From an uncultured Candidatus Saccharibacteria bacterium (GTDB taxonomy: Bacteria > Patescibacteriota > Minisyncoccia > Phycocordibacterales > CAIRYW01), in NCBI GenBank assembly GCA_964554765.1, contig CAZKPS010000002.1, positions 63,808 through 121,435 on the forward strand: a stretch of DNA of 57,628 nt, given 5' to 3'. Made by a program: the position numbers and the translations under genes. This document shows positions 8,997 through 17,938 of this stretch, one piece after another (positions within the stretch are counted from its first letter, which is position 1; every line of letters begins with the position of its first letter). The notes beneath the pieces were generated by a model. It was not told where the DNA came from. It saw nothing but the letters and a program-made list of their open reading frames with translations, and ran no database searches.

Positions 8997-9668
8997 TTAT
9001 TGCAAAATTTCTCTTACTTTCTCCCAAATTTTTTCGTGAATCGTTTCTCGAGACATCATTGCTTCCCCATCGGCACAAGACACTTTTGTCCAGCTCCCCT
9101 TTTGCATCACGATATCGAGTGCGGCTTTTTGAGAATTTATCAGATACTCTGCATTCTCTTCTACCAAATCTCTCGCACCACCCTCTTTTGCAATTCTTTC
9201 TTGTACAAGATTTTTTACAATCGAATATGGAACATCAAGATAGATTATTAAATCAGGTCGTGGAAGTCCAAATATCTCGTGCTCAACTTTATCAATCCAT
9301 TTTAGATATTTTTCTCTTTCCTCAGCATCTTTTATCTTGCCTCCTTGATGAATCTGGTTTGCACTCACATATCTATCCATCACTACAGTCTCACCTCGTA
9401 GGAGTGCATCAACTATTTTTGATTTTGATTCGAAACGATCACAGACATATGGAAGTGATGCAATATATGGATCAAAATTCACAAAATCTCCATGCTCACC
9501 ACGGAGACACTCACGGAGAAATCCACCAAAAAGATTGTTATCATATTGAGGAAAATCGATTGTGAATTTTGGAATATTCTCTTTCACCAAATGTTCAACA
9601 AGCAGTTTTGTCTGCGTTGCTTTCCCAGATCCATCAGCACCTTCAATAACAATTAATCGCCCTTTCAT
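8997..9668 (-). CDS. tmk: Thymidylate kinase
   Basis: MKGRLIVIEGADGSGKATQTKLL (P-loop); 223 aa. Confidence 0.9.
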   Translation of the reverse strand: MKGRLIVIEGADGSGKATQTKLLVEHLVKENIPKFTIDFPQYDNNLFGGFLRECLRGEHGDFVNFDPYIASLPYVCDRFESKSKIVDALLRGETVVMDRYVSANQIHQGGKIKDAEEREKYLKWIDKVEHEIFGLPRPDLIIYLDVPYSIVKNLVQERIAKEGGARDLVEENAEYLINSQKAALDIVMQKGSWTKVSCADGEAMMSRETIHEKIWEKVREILQ

Positions 9669-10843
9669 TATTTACTTCTTAGTACCTTATCAATCTTCCG
9701 TGCGATTTTAATAAAATCAGTTTCTTTCTTTCCTCTCGTTGTTTCTGCAGGGCTACCAATTCGGATTCCCGATGGATCAAATGGACTTCGTGTTTCTCCT
9801 GGAATAGTGTTTTTATTACAAATGATTCCTGCTTTTTCGAGTTTTGCTTCTGCCTCTTTTCCTGGAATCCCCTTTCCATTCATCCATGTGTCGACAAGGA
9901 CAAGGTGTGAGTCTGTCCCACCAGAGACAATCCCCCATCCGAGTTTCTGGAGTTCAGTCGCCATCGCTTGTGCGTTCTTGATGACTTGCTTTGCATACTT
10001 TTTGAACGCTGCAGAATCATCTTCTTTGAGTGCAACTGCAATACCTGCAATCTGTCCCATATGTGGTCCACCCTGAAGTCCCGGGAAAATAGCTTTATCA
10101 ATCTTTTTGTTTATTTCTCGTGCATCCACTTTTGAGAAAATCATCGCCCCTCGTGGACCACGGAGAGTCTTGTGAGTCGTTGTAGTGACCACATCTGCAT
10201 ATGCAAATGGTGTTGGATATGCCTCCCCTGCGACGAGTCCTGCAAAGTGTGACATATCTACCATCATGAGAGCACCACACGCGTCAGCAATCTCTCGCAC
10301 TTTTTTAAAATCTACAATTCGAGGATACGCAGTAAACCCACACACGATAAGTGATGGCTTCTCTACAATTGCGATCTCTCGCATTTTTGCATAGTCAATC
10401 ATCTCAGTTTTTACATCAACAGGAATTGCGATTTGATTCCATACTTTTCCAGTGATAGAAACTTTTTGTCCGTGAGTGAGATGTCCTCCGAGAGTAAGTG
10501 GGAGTCCCATAATCTTCCCTCCTTGTGGTACAAGTGCGAGATATACAGCAAGGTTTGCAGGTGATCCTGAGAGTGGCTGCACATTAACCGCCCAATTATC
10601 ACGCTTCAGTTTAAAAAGTTTGAGTGCTCGATCCTGACAAAGAGTTTCGAGTTTGTCTGTATTTTCTTGTCCACCATAGTATCGTGCGAACGGATATCCT
10701 TCTGCGTATTTGTTATCAAAAATACTTCCAAGTGCTTCGAGTACATCTTTCGACACATAGTTTTCTGATGCGATAAGATTGATTACTCCCTTCTGTCGTT
10801 TTGTTTCTGCCTTTATAAGAGATGCGATTTGTTTGTCTTTCAT
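9668..10843 (-). CDS. glyA: Serine hydroxymethyltransferase
   Basis: NLIASENYVS..; TTTTHKTLRGPRG (PLP-lysine motif). Confidence 0.95.
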   Translation of the reverse strand: MKDKQIASLIKAETKRQKGVINLIASENYVSKDVLEALGSIFDNKYAEGYPFARYYGGQENTDKLETLCQDRALKLFKLKRDNWAVNVQPLSGSPANLAVYLALVPQGGKIMGLPLTLGGHLTHGQKVSITGKVWNQIAIPVDVKTEMIDYAKMREIAIVEKPSLIVCGFTAYPRIVDFKKVREIADACGALMMVDMSHFAGLVAGEAYPTPFAYADVVTTTTHKTLRGPRGAMIFSKVDAREINKKIDKAIFPGLQGGPHMGQIAGIAVALKEDDSAAFKKYAKQVIKNAQAMATELQKLGWGIVSGGTDSHLVLVDTWMNGKGIPGKEAEAKLEKAGIICNKNTIPGETRSPFDPSGIRIGSPAETTRGKKETDFIKIARKIDKVLRSK

Positions 10844-10896
10844 TTGATTAGAAAATTAATTAAATAAATATTCGGTTTTGAATTATTTAGATCATA

Positions 10897-11391
10897 TTAT
10901 TTAAATGTAATTTCGCTTCCTTCTTGTAAATACACATTTTTGATACCACTTTTTATCATTGTATCCCAACAAGGCTTACAGCACCACCAATGTCCCCAGA
11001 GGTATAAATCGGCACCACTCACCTTCTCTCTCCCGCACTTTTTAATCGCATCGAGGCAGGCTCTTGTTTCTGCATGATTTTTACTTGTTGCACATCCAGG
11101 ACAAAGCCAATATTTAGTTCCACTTCTTACCTTGAACCATTTCCTAATACAAAACCACTTCTTATGTGCCTCAATGAGCAGTTTTTTTCTATACCCAGAT
11201 TGATTTGATGCTTCACCAAGTATTACATCATTCTTCACCACGACAGCTCCTGTCGGATGATTCTGATCGGTTGAGTATTTGAGGGCACAGTTTTTTGAGT
11301 GGAGCATAAAATGATTATCTGAGGAAACAAAGAGTATTGACCTTCCTTCTGGGATGTATGGATATGTTATTTTGTTTGAATCATTCTGCAT
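10897..11391 (-). CDS. dCMP / cytidine deaminase family zinc enzyme
   Basis: NHAETRACLDAI and CCKPCW zinc motifs. Start set at the internal ATG 11389-11391 (MQNDSNKITYPY); the longer track ORF would overlap thyA. Confidence 0.75.
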   Translation of the reverse strand: MQNDSNKITYPYIPEGRSILFVSSDNHFMLHSKNCALKYSTDQNHPTGAVVVKNDVILGEASNQSGYRKKLLIEAHKKWFCIRKWFKVRSGTKYWLCPGCATSKNHAETRACLDAIKKCGREKVSGADLYLWGHWWCCKPCWDTMIKSGIKNVYLQEGSEITFK

Positions 11392-11409
11392 TCGTTTTAT
11401 AATACACCT

Positions 11410-12246
11410 ATGACCAAATTCGACCAAATCTATCAATCTCTCATCAGAGATATTATGACTAAAGGTGTCGAGGATATAAGTAAACGCCAAGGGGTCAAAA
11501 CCAAAGCGCTTCCAGGACTTACATTTCAAACCGATATTGAGAAGGATGGGTTTCCTCTCCTTACACTTCGGAGAATACCAGTCAAAATGTTTACCGCTGA
11601 ACAAATATGGTTCCTCTCTGGTGCAAGAAAGCCTGATGATTTTCTCCGTCACTTCACGAAGATATGGGACATATTTACCAACCCAAATGACGTGGTCACT
11701 GCAGCATATGGATACAGATGGAGAAAGCATTTTGGCCGTGACCAGATTGGACTCCTTATAAAACTCCTTGAAAAGGATCCTTCCTCAAGACACGGTGTGG
11801 TCATGATGTGGGACGCTCGCGAAGATGGTCTTGGTGGAACTAAAAAAGCTAACGTGCCCTGCCCTTATTCATTTACAGTCAACATCATTGCTGGTCGATT
11901 ACACCTACACCTCATAGTCCGTTCAAATGATATGGTACTCGGATTTCCTGCCGATGTTGCTGGGTTTGCACTACTCCAATGTATTCTAGCGCAAAGGCTT
12001 GGAGTGAAGCCTGGGATCTATACACACTCAATCTCAAATGCACACATTTACGATAACCATTACAACGGAGCAAAAGAACTGATCAAGAGAAAAAACAATC
12101 ACAAAAATATCATCCTGAAACTCCCAAAAAAATCTTTTGAGAGGGCTGAAAAAAAAGATGTAAAACTTGTCGAAGAAATAGTAGAAAACCTCGCCTCACA
12201 ATATAATCCAATGGAAGCTATAAAAGACCTTAAAATTACTTTATAA
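11410..12246 (+). CDS. thyA: Thymidylate synthase (ThyA family, divergent)
   Basis: DGFPLLTLRR..EQIWFLSG..YGYRWR..DQIGLLIKLLEKDPSSRH..VPCPYSF..RSNDMVLGFPADVAGFALL..AHIYDNH. Confidence 0.8.
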   Translation: MTKFDQIYQSLIRDIMTKGVEDISKRQGVKTKALPGLTFQTDIEKDGFPLLTLRRIPVKMFTAEQIWFLSGARKPDDFLRHFTKIWDIFTNPNDVVTAAYGYRWRKHFGRDQIGLLIKLLEKDPSSRHGVVMMWDAREDGLGGTKKANVPCPYSFTVNIIAGRLHLHLIVRSNDMVLGFPADVAGFALLQCILAQRLGVKPGIYTHSISNAHIYDNHYNGAKELIKRKNNHKNIILKLPKKSFERAEKKDVKLVEEIVENLASQYNPMEAIKDLKITL

Positions 12247-12253
12247 TACACAT

Positions 12254-12910
12254 ATGTCTATCCTCACAAAAAAACAAATCCTTGAACGAGTAAAAACAGG
12301 CAACATTACTTTTCATCCTAACCTTGATGAATTCCAAGTGCAGGCACACGCTATTGATATGCGACTTGGCTACACATTCCTCATACCAAAGGAATGGCAT
12401 ATGACACCAAATGGTCGAGAGGCACTCCGAATCGATCATCTCGATAAAAATAAGCCTGAATACTTTGAAGCGATTGAGCTTGAACAGGGTCAATACTTTG
12501 AACTTCTTCCTAATGAGCACGTGCTCGCTTCAACATTTGAGAGTGTGAAGGTACCAAATGACCTTATGGCTATTCTCTATCCTCGATCATCAACCAACCG
12601 AAAGGGGCTCTCAGTTGACCTCACAGGAATCGTAGACTCTGGATATGAAGGACAGCTTGTGATTCCGATTGGAAACAACACATCATCTCAAGTGGTGAAG
12701 CTTTACCCAGGAGAACGATTCTGTCAGCTTGTGTTTGAGTCACTCGTTGAACCTGTGGAAGCTGAAAAGAGTCGATACCACCAAAAGGATATTGTCGAAG
12801 GGTTCATTATGACCAAAGACGCAAAACAAAAAAGAGACGCTGATGAAATAAAATATGTTGCAGAAGGTAAAATGAAGGAATTAAAATCTGAAAAAGGAAT
12901 TAAATATTAG
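12254..12910 (+). CDS. dcd: dCTP deaminase family protein
   Basis: MSILTKKQILERV..IDMRLG..GIVDSGYEGQLVIPIGN..PGERFCQLVF. Confidence 0.85.
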   Translation: MSILTKKQILERVKTGNITFHPNLDEFQVQAHAIDMRLGYTFLIPKEWHMTPNGREALRIDHLDKNKPEYFEAIELEQGQYFELLPNEHVLASTFESVKVPNDLMAILYPRSSTNRKGLSVDLTGIVDSGYEGQLVIPIGNNTSSQVVKLYPGERFCQLVFESLVEPVEAEKSRYHQKDIVEGFIMTKDAKQKRDADEIKYVAEGKMKELKSEKGIKY

Positions 12911-12918
12911 TACTTTTT

Positions 12919-13257
12919 ATGACATTCGACGAATATCAAAAATTAGCATTAGCAACAGACCATTCAGCTGGACTCGATCTCAATAACCCAGATTTTTTTG
13001 CAATCGTACTTGGTCTCGCAGGAGAAGCAGGAGAAGTAACAGAAAAATTCAAAAAAATATACTGGCACAAAAAAGGTAAATGGGATGAGGAAGATAAAAA
13101 AATGATTGCTAAAGAACTCGGGGATATCCTCTGGTATGTATCCTGTATCTCAAATCACACAGGTATTTCACTCGAAGATATAGCAAAAGGAAATATCGAA
13201 AAACTTAAAAGTCGTGTTGAACGAGGAGTCCACCTAGGAAACGGCGACAATCGATAG
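12919..13257 (+). CDS. MazG-like nucleoside triphosphate pyrophosphohydrolase
   Basis: LGLAGEAGEVTEKFKK..ELGDILWYV..NIEKLKSR. Confidence 0.8.
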   Translation: MTFDEYQKLALATDHSAGLDLNNPDFFAIVLGLAGEAGEVTEKFKKIYWHKKGKWDEEDKKMIAKELGDILWYVSCISNHTGISLEDIAKGNIEKLKSRVERGVHLGNGDNR

Positions 13258-13274
13258 CTCAAACTTTTCAATCA

Positions 13275-13322
13275 AATAACAATCGTCACTTTCTACGGCC
13301 GTAGAAAGTGACGATTGTTATT
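13275..13322. repeat. 48-nt perfect palindrome with core CGTCA-NN-TTCTACGGCCGTAGAA-NN-TGACG, between convergent mazG-like and PaaX-like genes
   Basis: aataacaatcgtcactttctacggccgtagaaagtgacgattgttatt. Confidence 0.8.
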
Positions 13323-13800
13323 TTATACTGACCCCTTTCGCGAGCTTAAATGTTCTTATATTTTTCTGCATTCCCAACTGCTTTATATACTTTTTAAATT
13401 CCTGAGGAAGTGGTGATGGACCCGCCCAAACACTTTGCTGAATCATTACGTATTCAAATTTTTTTAATTGCTCCCGAAGCCAGTCTCTGTACTGTCTACA
13501 CTCCTCAGGAACATCAAACATCAGCAATAAATCCTTTTTAGAGTTTCTATCAAATGGTGATTCAAATTCTTTTAAGGAAACTTTATCCAAATACCTCCTC
13601 CCGTCCTCAGTTATTACCCAACCACCATTATCGTTTCGGATAAAACCTTTTCTACGAAGACGAGTAAGCGAAGTTTGGACTGATGACTTCTGACCTAAAA
13701 TGATTTCACATAAAGATGAAAGACTAGCCCTATGTCCACCCTTGTAGCGGATTTCAATATCCATTAAAATTTCAAGAATCTTGTATCCTATATTTGCCAT
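13318..13800 (-). CDS. PaaX-like winged-helix regulator (wHTH followed by a Cas2-like fold region)
   Basis: SLSSLCEIILGQKSSVQTSLTRLRRKGFI (wHTH-like); LLLMFDVPEECRQYRDWLREQLKKFEYVMIQQSVWAG (PaaX/Cas2-like). Start set at ATG 13798-13800. Confidence 0.5.
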   Translation of the reverse strand: MANIGYKILEILMDIEIRYKGGHRASLSSLCEIILGQKSSVQTSLTRLRRKGFIRNDNGGWVITEDGRRYLDKVSLKEFESPFDRNSKKDLLLMFDVPEECRQYRDWLREQLKKFEYVMIQQSVWAGPSPLPQEFKKYIKQLGMQKNIRTFKLAKGVSIK

Positions 13801-13823
13801 AGAATAATTATAGTACTTCAACA

Positions 13824-13863
13824 ATAGTCGTCAAATTCTACGGCCGTAGAATTTGACGACTAT
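13824..13863. repeat. 40-nt perfect palindrome sharing the TTCTACGGCCGTAGAA core, in the divergent promoter region between the PaaX-like and DHFR-like genes
   Basis: atagtcgtcaaattctacggccgtagaatttgacgactat. Confidence 0.8.
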
Positions 13864-13900
13864 GTATACTAAAGAAAATATTTAGTATATGATTATTATT

Positions 13901-14395
13901 ATGAAAGTATTCATTATTTCGGCACAAACTCTTGATGGTTTCATTGCCAAAGACAAAGGTCACTCCCCTTTTGATTGGACAAGCAAAGAAGATAAAGCGC
14001 GATTCGTTGAACTTTCAAAGAGAGCTGGAGTCATAGTAGTAGGTGCATCAACATTTAAGACCTTCTCCAAACCTCTTAAAGATAGGCTCAATATTGTTTA
14101 TTCGAGAGCAGAGACATTTGAGGGTGCAGAAACTACTTCTCTCCCCCCCACAGAACTCATCAGAAATCTTGAAGAGAGAGGATTCAAAGAAGTCGCAATC
14201 TGCGGAGGTTCACAGATCTATACAATGTTTCTCGAAGCTCAAGTTGTGGACACAATCTATCTCACTATAGAACCAATTCTCTTTGGTTCAGGTATTTCGA
14301 TATTTAACAAAGATTTAAATACTAAACTAGAACTCATATCAGAAGAAAAAACAGAAAGTGGAACATTAATGTTGGAGTACAAAGTTTTGAAATAA
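13901..14395 (+). CDS. Dihydrofolate reductase-like (RibD C-terminal domain family) protein
   Basis: MKVFIISAQTLDGFIA..VIVVGASTFKTF..ICGGSQIY..IEPILFGSGI. Confidence 0.65.
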   Translation: MKVFIISAQTLDGFIAKDKGHSPFDWTSKEDKARFVELSKRAGVIVVGASTFKTFSKPLKDRLNIVYSRAETFEGAETTSLPPTELIRNLEERGFKEVAICGGSQIYTMFLEAQVVDTIYLTIEPILFGSGISIFNKDLNTKLELISEEKTESGTLMLEYKVLK

Positions 14396-14413
14396 ATTAA
14401 TATAAAAACCACC

Positions 14414-15061
14414 TCAGGTAGAGGTGGTGCCGGATTTAAAGTATCTCCAGATGAGGTCTGCGACGTCGATGTTAAACGTGCTCGCAACTGATATTGTGCG
14501 TTCGAGGCAATCAATCACTTCCTCCGTTACCTTTTTGAGGTCAGATTCTTTGATCACCTCCTTGAGCATCTCAATTACGAGTTCATCAATCTCCTCTGAC
14601 AAATGCAAGGCGCGGATTAGTTTTGCCGTGTAAGACCTGTCGTTTGGATAGACCTCAAAGTCACGTGCTTGGAATCGCGACACCGAGATCTTCAGATCAG
14701 GCTTGAGCTGATATCGCTCGAGACGGACGAGTGGACGAGGAACTCCGGGATTGGTACATCCACAAGGCTTGAGGCCACAGTAGATGCAGAAATCTGGATA
14801 GGAAAGGGAGATTTCCTCCTGTACATCAATACCTCGATAATTCGCATACTCGATGAGACGAATGAAAAGCTCCAGGATTTTGTCGACCGGAACCTCCTCT
14901 GCCTTACGAATCTGACGAACAATCTTTTTTTTGAGACAGAAGATGTTGATTATCCACTTAATCCCTTGCCAAAGTCGACGACGACACAAGCCCCTTTCTG
15001 GTCTTTTACAAACTCTTTGTAGGTCAGCAAAAGTAAACCTTTTTTCGAGTGGTGCATTCAT
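14414..15061 (-). CDS. Hypothetical protein; the C-terminal all-alpha region is faintly MazG/NTP-PPase-like
   Basis: 215 aa ORF, GC-richer than its neighbours; LHLSEEIDELVIEM..VIDCLERTISVAS. Confidence 0.35.
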   Translation of the reverse strand: MNAPLEKRFTFADLQRVCKRPERGLCRRRLWQGIKWIINIFCLKKKIVRQIRKAEEVPVDKILELFIRLIEYANYRGIDVQEEISLSYPDFCIYCGLKPCGCTNPGVPRPLVRLERYQLKPDLKISVSRFQARDFEVYPNDRSYTAKLIRALHLSEEIDELVIEMLKEVIKESDLKKVTEEVIDCLERTISVASTFNIDVADLIWRYFKSGTTST

Positions 15062-15158
15062 AATCTACCCCACACATTACTCCTATTTACCAAAAAGTAA
15101 AGAAATAAAAAAACCGCCATATCACAATGGATGTGGCGAGCAACATATTGGTATCGAA

Positions 15159-15317
15159 TTACCGCGGTTGTTTGTTGCGATTGGGACACCAAAATCCGCA
15201 ACCATTGCACGTGTCTCGCTGTTGGCAGAGTGAACGTTGCATGATTGGGCGCAGAATACGACCTGGAAGGCCATAATGGCTAGCAGAACGACGACGTGGA
15301 GTTACAGATGCTTTCAT
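15159..15317 (-). CDS. Possible 52-aa Arg/Cys-rich small protein; could instead be part of a structured RNA
   Basis: Manual translation: MKASVTPRRRSASHYGLPGRILRPIMQRSLCQQRDTCNGCGFWCPNRNKQPR. Followed by the hairpin cgccacatccattgtgatatggcg plus a T-run. No clear SD sequence. Confidence 0.2.
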   Translation of the reverse strand: MKASVTPRRRSASHYGLPGRILRPIMQRSLCQQRDTCNGCGFWCPNRNKQPR

Positions 15318-15394
15318 GGTGATATGGATTTAATCCGTTTATTAATATACACCCAATTTTATATATGTAAATAAAAAACTCCCCATATGGGAAG

Positions 15395-15490
15395 TCAACG
15401 ACCAAAGCCGTGCATGAACAAGTGGAACGAGACAGGTGTCGGATATTGTGCACTGAAAGTGGATTTTGATGCAAAAAAGTCTGATTTCAT
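15395..15490 (-). CDS. Possible 31-aa small ORF with a strong SD and its own terminator
   Basis: aaaggaggtaaaaATG..; MKSDFFASKSTFSAQYPTPVSFHLFMHGFGR; followed by cttcccatatggggag plus tttttt. Confidence 0.3.
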   Translation of the reverse strand: MKSDFFASKSTFSAQYPTPVSFHLFMHGFGR

Positions 15491-15543
15491 TTTTACCTCC
15501 TTTCCAAATAACGAATTTAAGTGATAATAACACGCGGTATAAG

Positions 15544-15577
15544 AAAATGCACGGCGCCTTTAGGCGCCGTGCATTTT
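15544..15577. terminator. GC-core palindromic hairpin family, copy 2
   Basis: aaaatgcacggcgcctttaggcgccgtgcatttt, downstream of rplK. Confidence 0.6.
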
Positions 15578-15691
15578 TATTTGTTTTAACTTGAGAAGTT
15601 TCCTATTTCACCCCCACTCCCACATACTTTTCTGCTGAAAAGTTGTGTGAGCTCGCCTCGACCTTATCGGTCTCCGGTCGGTCGAAGTGTC

Positions 15692-16117
15692 CTATTTCAC
15701 TTCGACGCCCATACTTCGGCAAGTTCCTTCGATGATTTTGATTGCGGCTTCTATTGAACCAGCATTCAAATCTTGCATTTTCTTTTCTGCAATTTCTTTA
15801 AGCTGTGCCTTTGTAATTGTTCCCACCTTCTTCTTGAGATTTTCTCCTGAACCACTTTCGAGCTTGAGCATCTTTTTTACGAGAGCAGAAGCTGGAGGAG
15901 TCTTAAGGACGAAATCATAAGATCGGTCTTCATATACTGAGATTTCTACTGGGATGATATCTCCGTGCATCTGTGCAGTCGCATCGTTGAATTTCTTTAC
16001 GAAATCTCCGATGTTAATACCAGCCTGACCAAGTGCAGGACCTACTGGTGGAGCAGGAGTTGCCTTCGCTGCTGGAATCACCAATTTCAATTTCTTTAAT
16101 ACTTTCTTTGTTGCCAT
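15692..16117 (-). CDS. rplK: Ribosomal protein L11
   Basis: [26 protein letters not shown]; 141 aa. Confidence 0.95.
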   Translation of the reverse strand: MATKKVLKKLKLVIPAAKATPAPPVGPALGQAGINIGDFVKKFNDATAQMHGDIIPVEISVYEDRSYDFVLKTPPASALVKKMLKLESGSGENLKKKVGTITKAQLKEIAEKKMQDLNAGSIEAAIKIIEGTCRSMGVEVK

Positions 16118-16188
16118 AATTGTAATTTATTTAATAAATTTCTGTTGTTTCCTGAGAAGCCCCTCTCGGGCAAGAAACTATTCGGTCG

Positions 16189-16731
16189 CTATATTTTTCG
16201 AATTTGAAGGAAATCAAGTTCTACAGGTGTCTCTCGTCCGAACATTGATACCAATACCTTAACCTTTCCTCGCTCACTGTCAACCTCCCCTACTTTACCT
16301 TCAAGATCCTTAAATGGTCCATCTGAGATGATGACTGCGTCTCCAATATCGAGATCAATGTTGTGCTTTGTTGTACCTGAATTCATTCGTCCAAAAAGTG
16401 TATCAACTTCTTGTTTATTGAGGGGTACCGGGTATACTCCAGATCCAACAAATCCTGTTACACGAGGAGTGTTTCGTACTACATACCAAGAATCATCTGT
16501 CACAATCATATCTACGAGGATATATCCTGGGTAGATTTTCTCTTCTTCTTCCACTCTCTTACCACCCTTGACCTTGATTTTCTTTTCTGTAGGAACAAGC
16601 ACATTAAAAATCCGATCCTCCATACCTAGAGACTCGATTCGCTGCTTTAGATTTCGAAGCACTGCGTTCTCGTATCCAGCGTATGTGTGGATTGCATACC
16701 AATTTCGCTCTCCTTCTACTTGTTTTGCCAT
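16189..16731 (-). CDS. nusG: Transcription termination/antitermination factor NusG
   Basis: NWYAIHTYAGYEN..; C-terminal KOW (GDAVIISDGPFKDLEGKV). Confidence 0.95.
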   Translation of the reverse strand: MAKQVEGERNWYAIHTYAGYENAVLRNLKQRIESLGMEDRIFNVLVPTEKKIKVKGGKRVEEEEKIYPGYILVDMIVTDDSWYVVRNTPRVTGFVGSGVYPVPLNKQEVDTLFGRMNSGTTKHNIDLDIGDAVIISDGPFKDLEGKVGEVDSERGKVKVLVSMFGRETPVELDFLQIRKI

Positions 16732-16769
16732 AATTTAATTATTTAAAAATTGATAAAATCTAAAGTCTA

Positions 16770-16949
16770 TTAGAACAACTTTCCGACTCCGATTCGAAGC
16801 ACATAATCCAAAAGTCCGAGATAGATTGCTACCGCAAGAGAAAGAATAATCACAACAAGAGTAAACAGAGTTGTCTGCTTTCGTGAAGGCCAAGTAACAT
16901 GAGCCATTTCTGCCTTTACTTCTTTAAAATAATCAGTGATTTTAGACAT
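16770..16949 (-). CDS. secE: Preprotein translocase subunit SecE (59 aa; below the ORF-track size cutoff)
   Basis: Manual translation: MSKITDYFKEVKAEMAHVTWPSRKQTTLFTLVVIILSLAVAIYLGLLDYVLRIGVGKLF. Canonical position upstream of nusG. Confidence 0.8.
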   Translation of the reverse strand: MSKITDYFKEVKAEMAHVTWPSRKQTTLFTLVVIILSLAVAIYLGLLDYVLRIGVGKLF

Positions 16950-17065
16950 ATGGATTTGAATTTATACTAAAAAACCCCTCTCGGGGTAGGTAGTACAATA
17001 ATACACCACGAAGGAGTGGAAGTCAACGGGGTGGAATATTGAATGTCGAGGCTAGAATATAGCAA

Positions 17066-17095
17066 AATAAGCCGCCCCTACGGGGCGGCTTATTT
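17066..17095 (-). terminator. Hairpin terminator after the SIMPL-domain gene
   Basis: aaataagccgcccctacggggcggcttattt. Confidence 0.6.
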
Positions 17096-17137
17096 GAATT
17101 TGTATTTATCTATATACAAAATCCTATATTCAATCTT

Positions 17138-17935
17138 CTACTTAATCCTGTAAGTCACATTTACATTAACCGTGATCTTGTTCTGACCCTTTGCAATATC
17201 AGGCGCTACAGGAGAAGCTCCTCCACCAATACCCATTACCTTTGATTCCATTGCATACATAGGATAAGCAACACCATTTTGATCTTCGTAGAATGAAGAT
17301 ACTCCGACTATTCGTACCCCGAGTTCCTTTACAAGCGCACCTGCTTTTGTCTTTGCATCTTCGATAGCTTTTGATCGAGCTTCTGCCTTGAGAGCCTCAG
17401 AATCATCAATTGTAAATGTAAGACCACTGATATTTGTAACTCCAAGTGCCCCTACCTTAGAAAGAATATCCCCTGCTTTATCTGTGTTTCTGACTTTTAC
17501 AGAAATAGTTTGTGAGACTTCATATCCAATAAGTTTTGGTGATGAAGATGGGCAAGGATATTTGATACAGACAATCTGTGTGTAGTCATATTTTGGGTTG
17601 GCACTATAATCCGTTGTCTTTATATCCTTCTGTTCTATACCCACCTCTTTCAAATACTTCATCACCGCATTAGTCTTTGTAGAAGATTTATTGTTTGCTT
17701 CTGTCACATCTTTACCTTCTTCAGTAATTGAGAATGAAAATGTTGCAATATCAGGCACTGCAAATACTTCACCTTTACCTTGCACAGTAATCATATCCTG
17801 TATTGCAGTCGAACTCCTCTCTCCAATGTGTGCAAACTCATTAATAGATTTTGCTAAAAGAAGAACAGCAAGAAGCACAAGGACCGCGAGTAGTGCTTGC
17901 TTAATTTTCTGCGATGCCAATATATTGTTTTCCAT
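17138..17935 (-). CDS. SIMPL / DUF541 domain secreted protein
   Basis: N-terminal TM/signal; ITVQGKGEVFAVPDIATFSFSI..VMKYLKEVGIEQKDIKT.. Confidence 0.7.
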   Translation of the reverse strand: MENNILASQKIKQALLAVLVLLAVLLLAKSINEFAHIGERSSTAIQDMITVQGKGEVFAVPDIATFSFSITEEGKDVTEANNKSSTKTNAVMKYLKEVGIEQKDIKTTDYSANPKYDYTQIVCIKYPCPSSSPKLIGYEVSQTISVKVRNTDKAGDILSKVGALGVTNISGLTFTIDDSEALKAEARSKAIEDAKTKAGALVKELGVRIVGVSSFYEDQNGVAYPMYAMESKVMGIGGGASPVAPDIAKGQNKITVNVNVTYRIK

Positions 17936-17938
17936 AAT

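Noticed and set aside
15159-15317. The Arg-rich 52-aa ORF could be a missed ribosomal protein (L33/L34-like) in the secE-nusG-rplK neighbourhood.
   Set aside because: The sequence does not match the L33 or L34 consensus as I know them, and there is no SD. It is kept only as a low-confidence micro-ORF.
17066-17095. The hairpin aagccgcccc-tac-ggggcggctt resembles the tRNA-His 3' end (tagccgcccca) and could be the distal att/terminator of the tRNA-His element.
   Set aside because: That would imply a 25 kb element containing folD and other backbone genes. The match is about 9-10 nt of GC-rich sequence, so coincidence is more likely.
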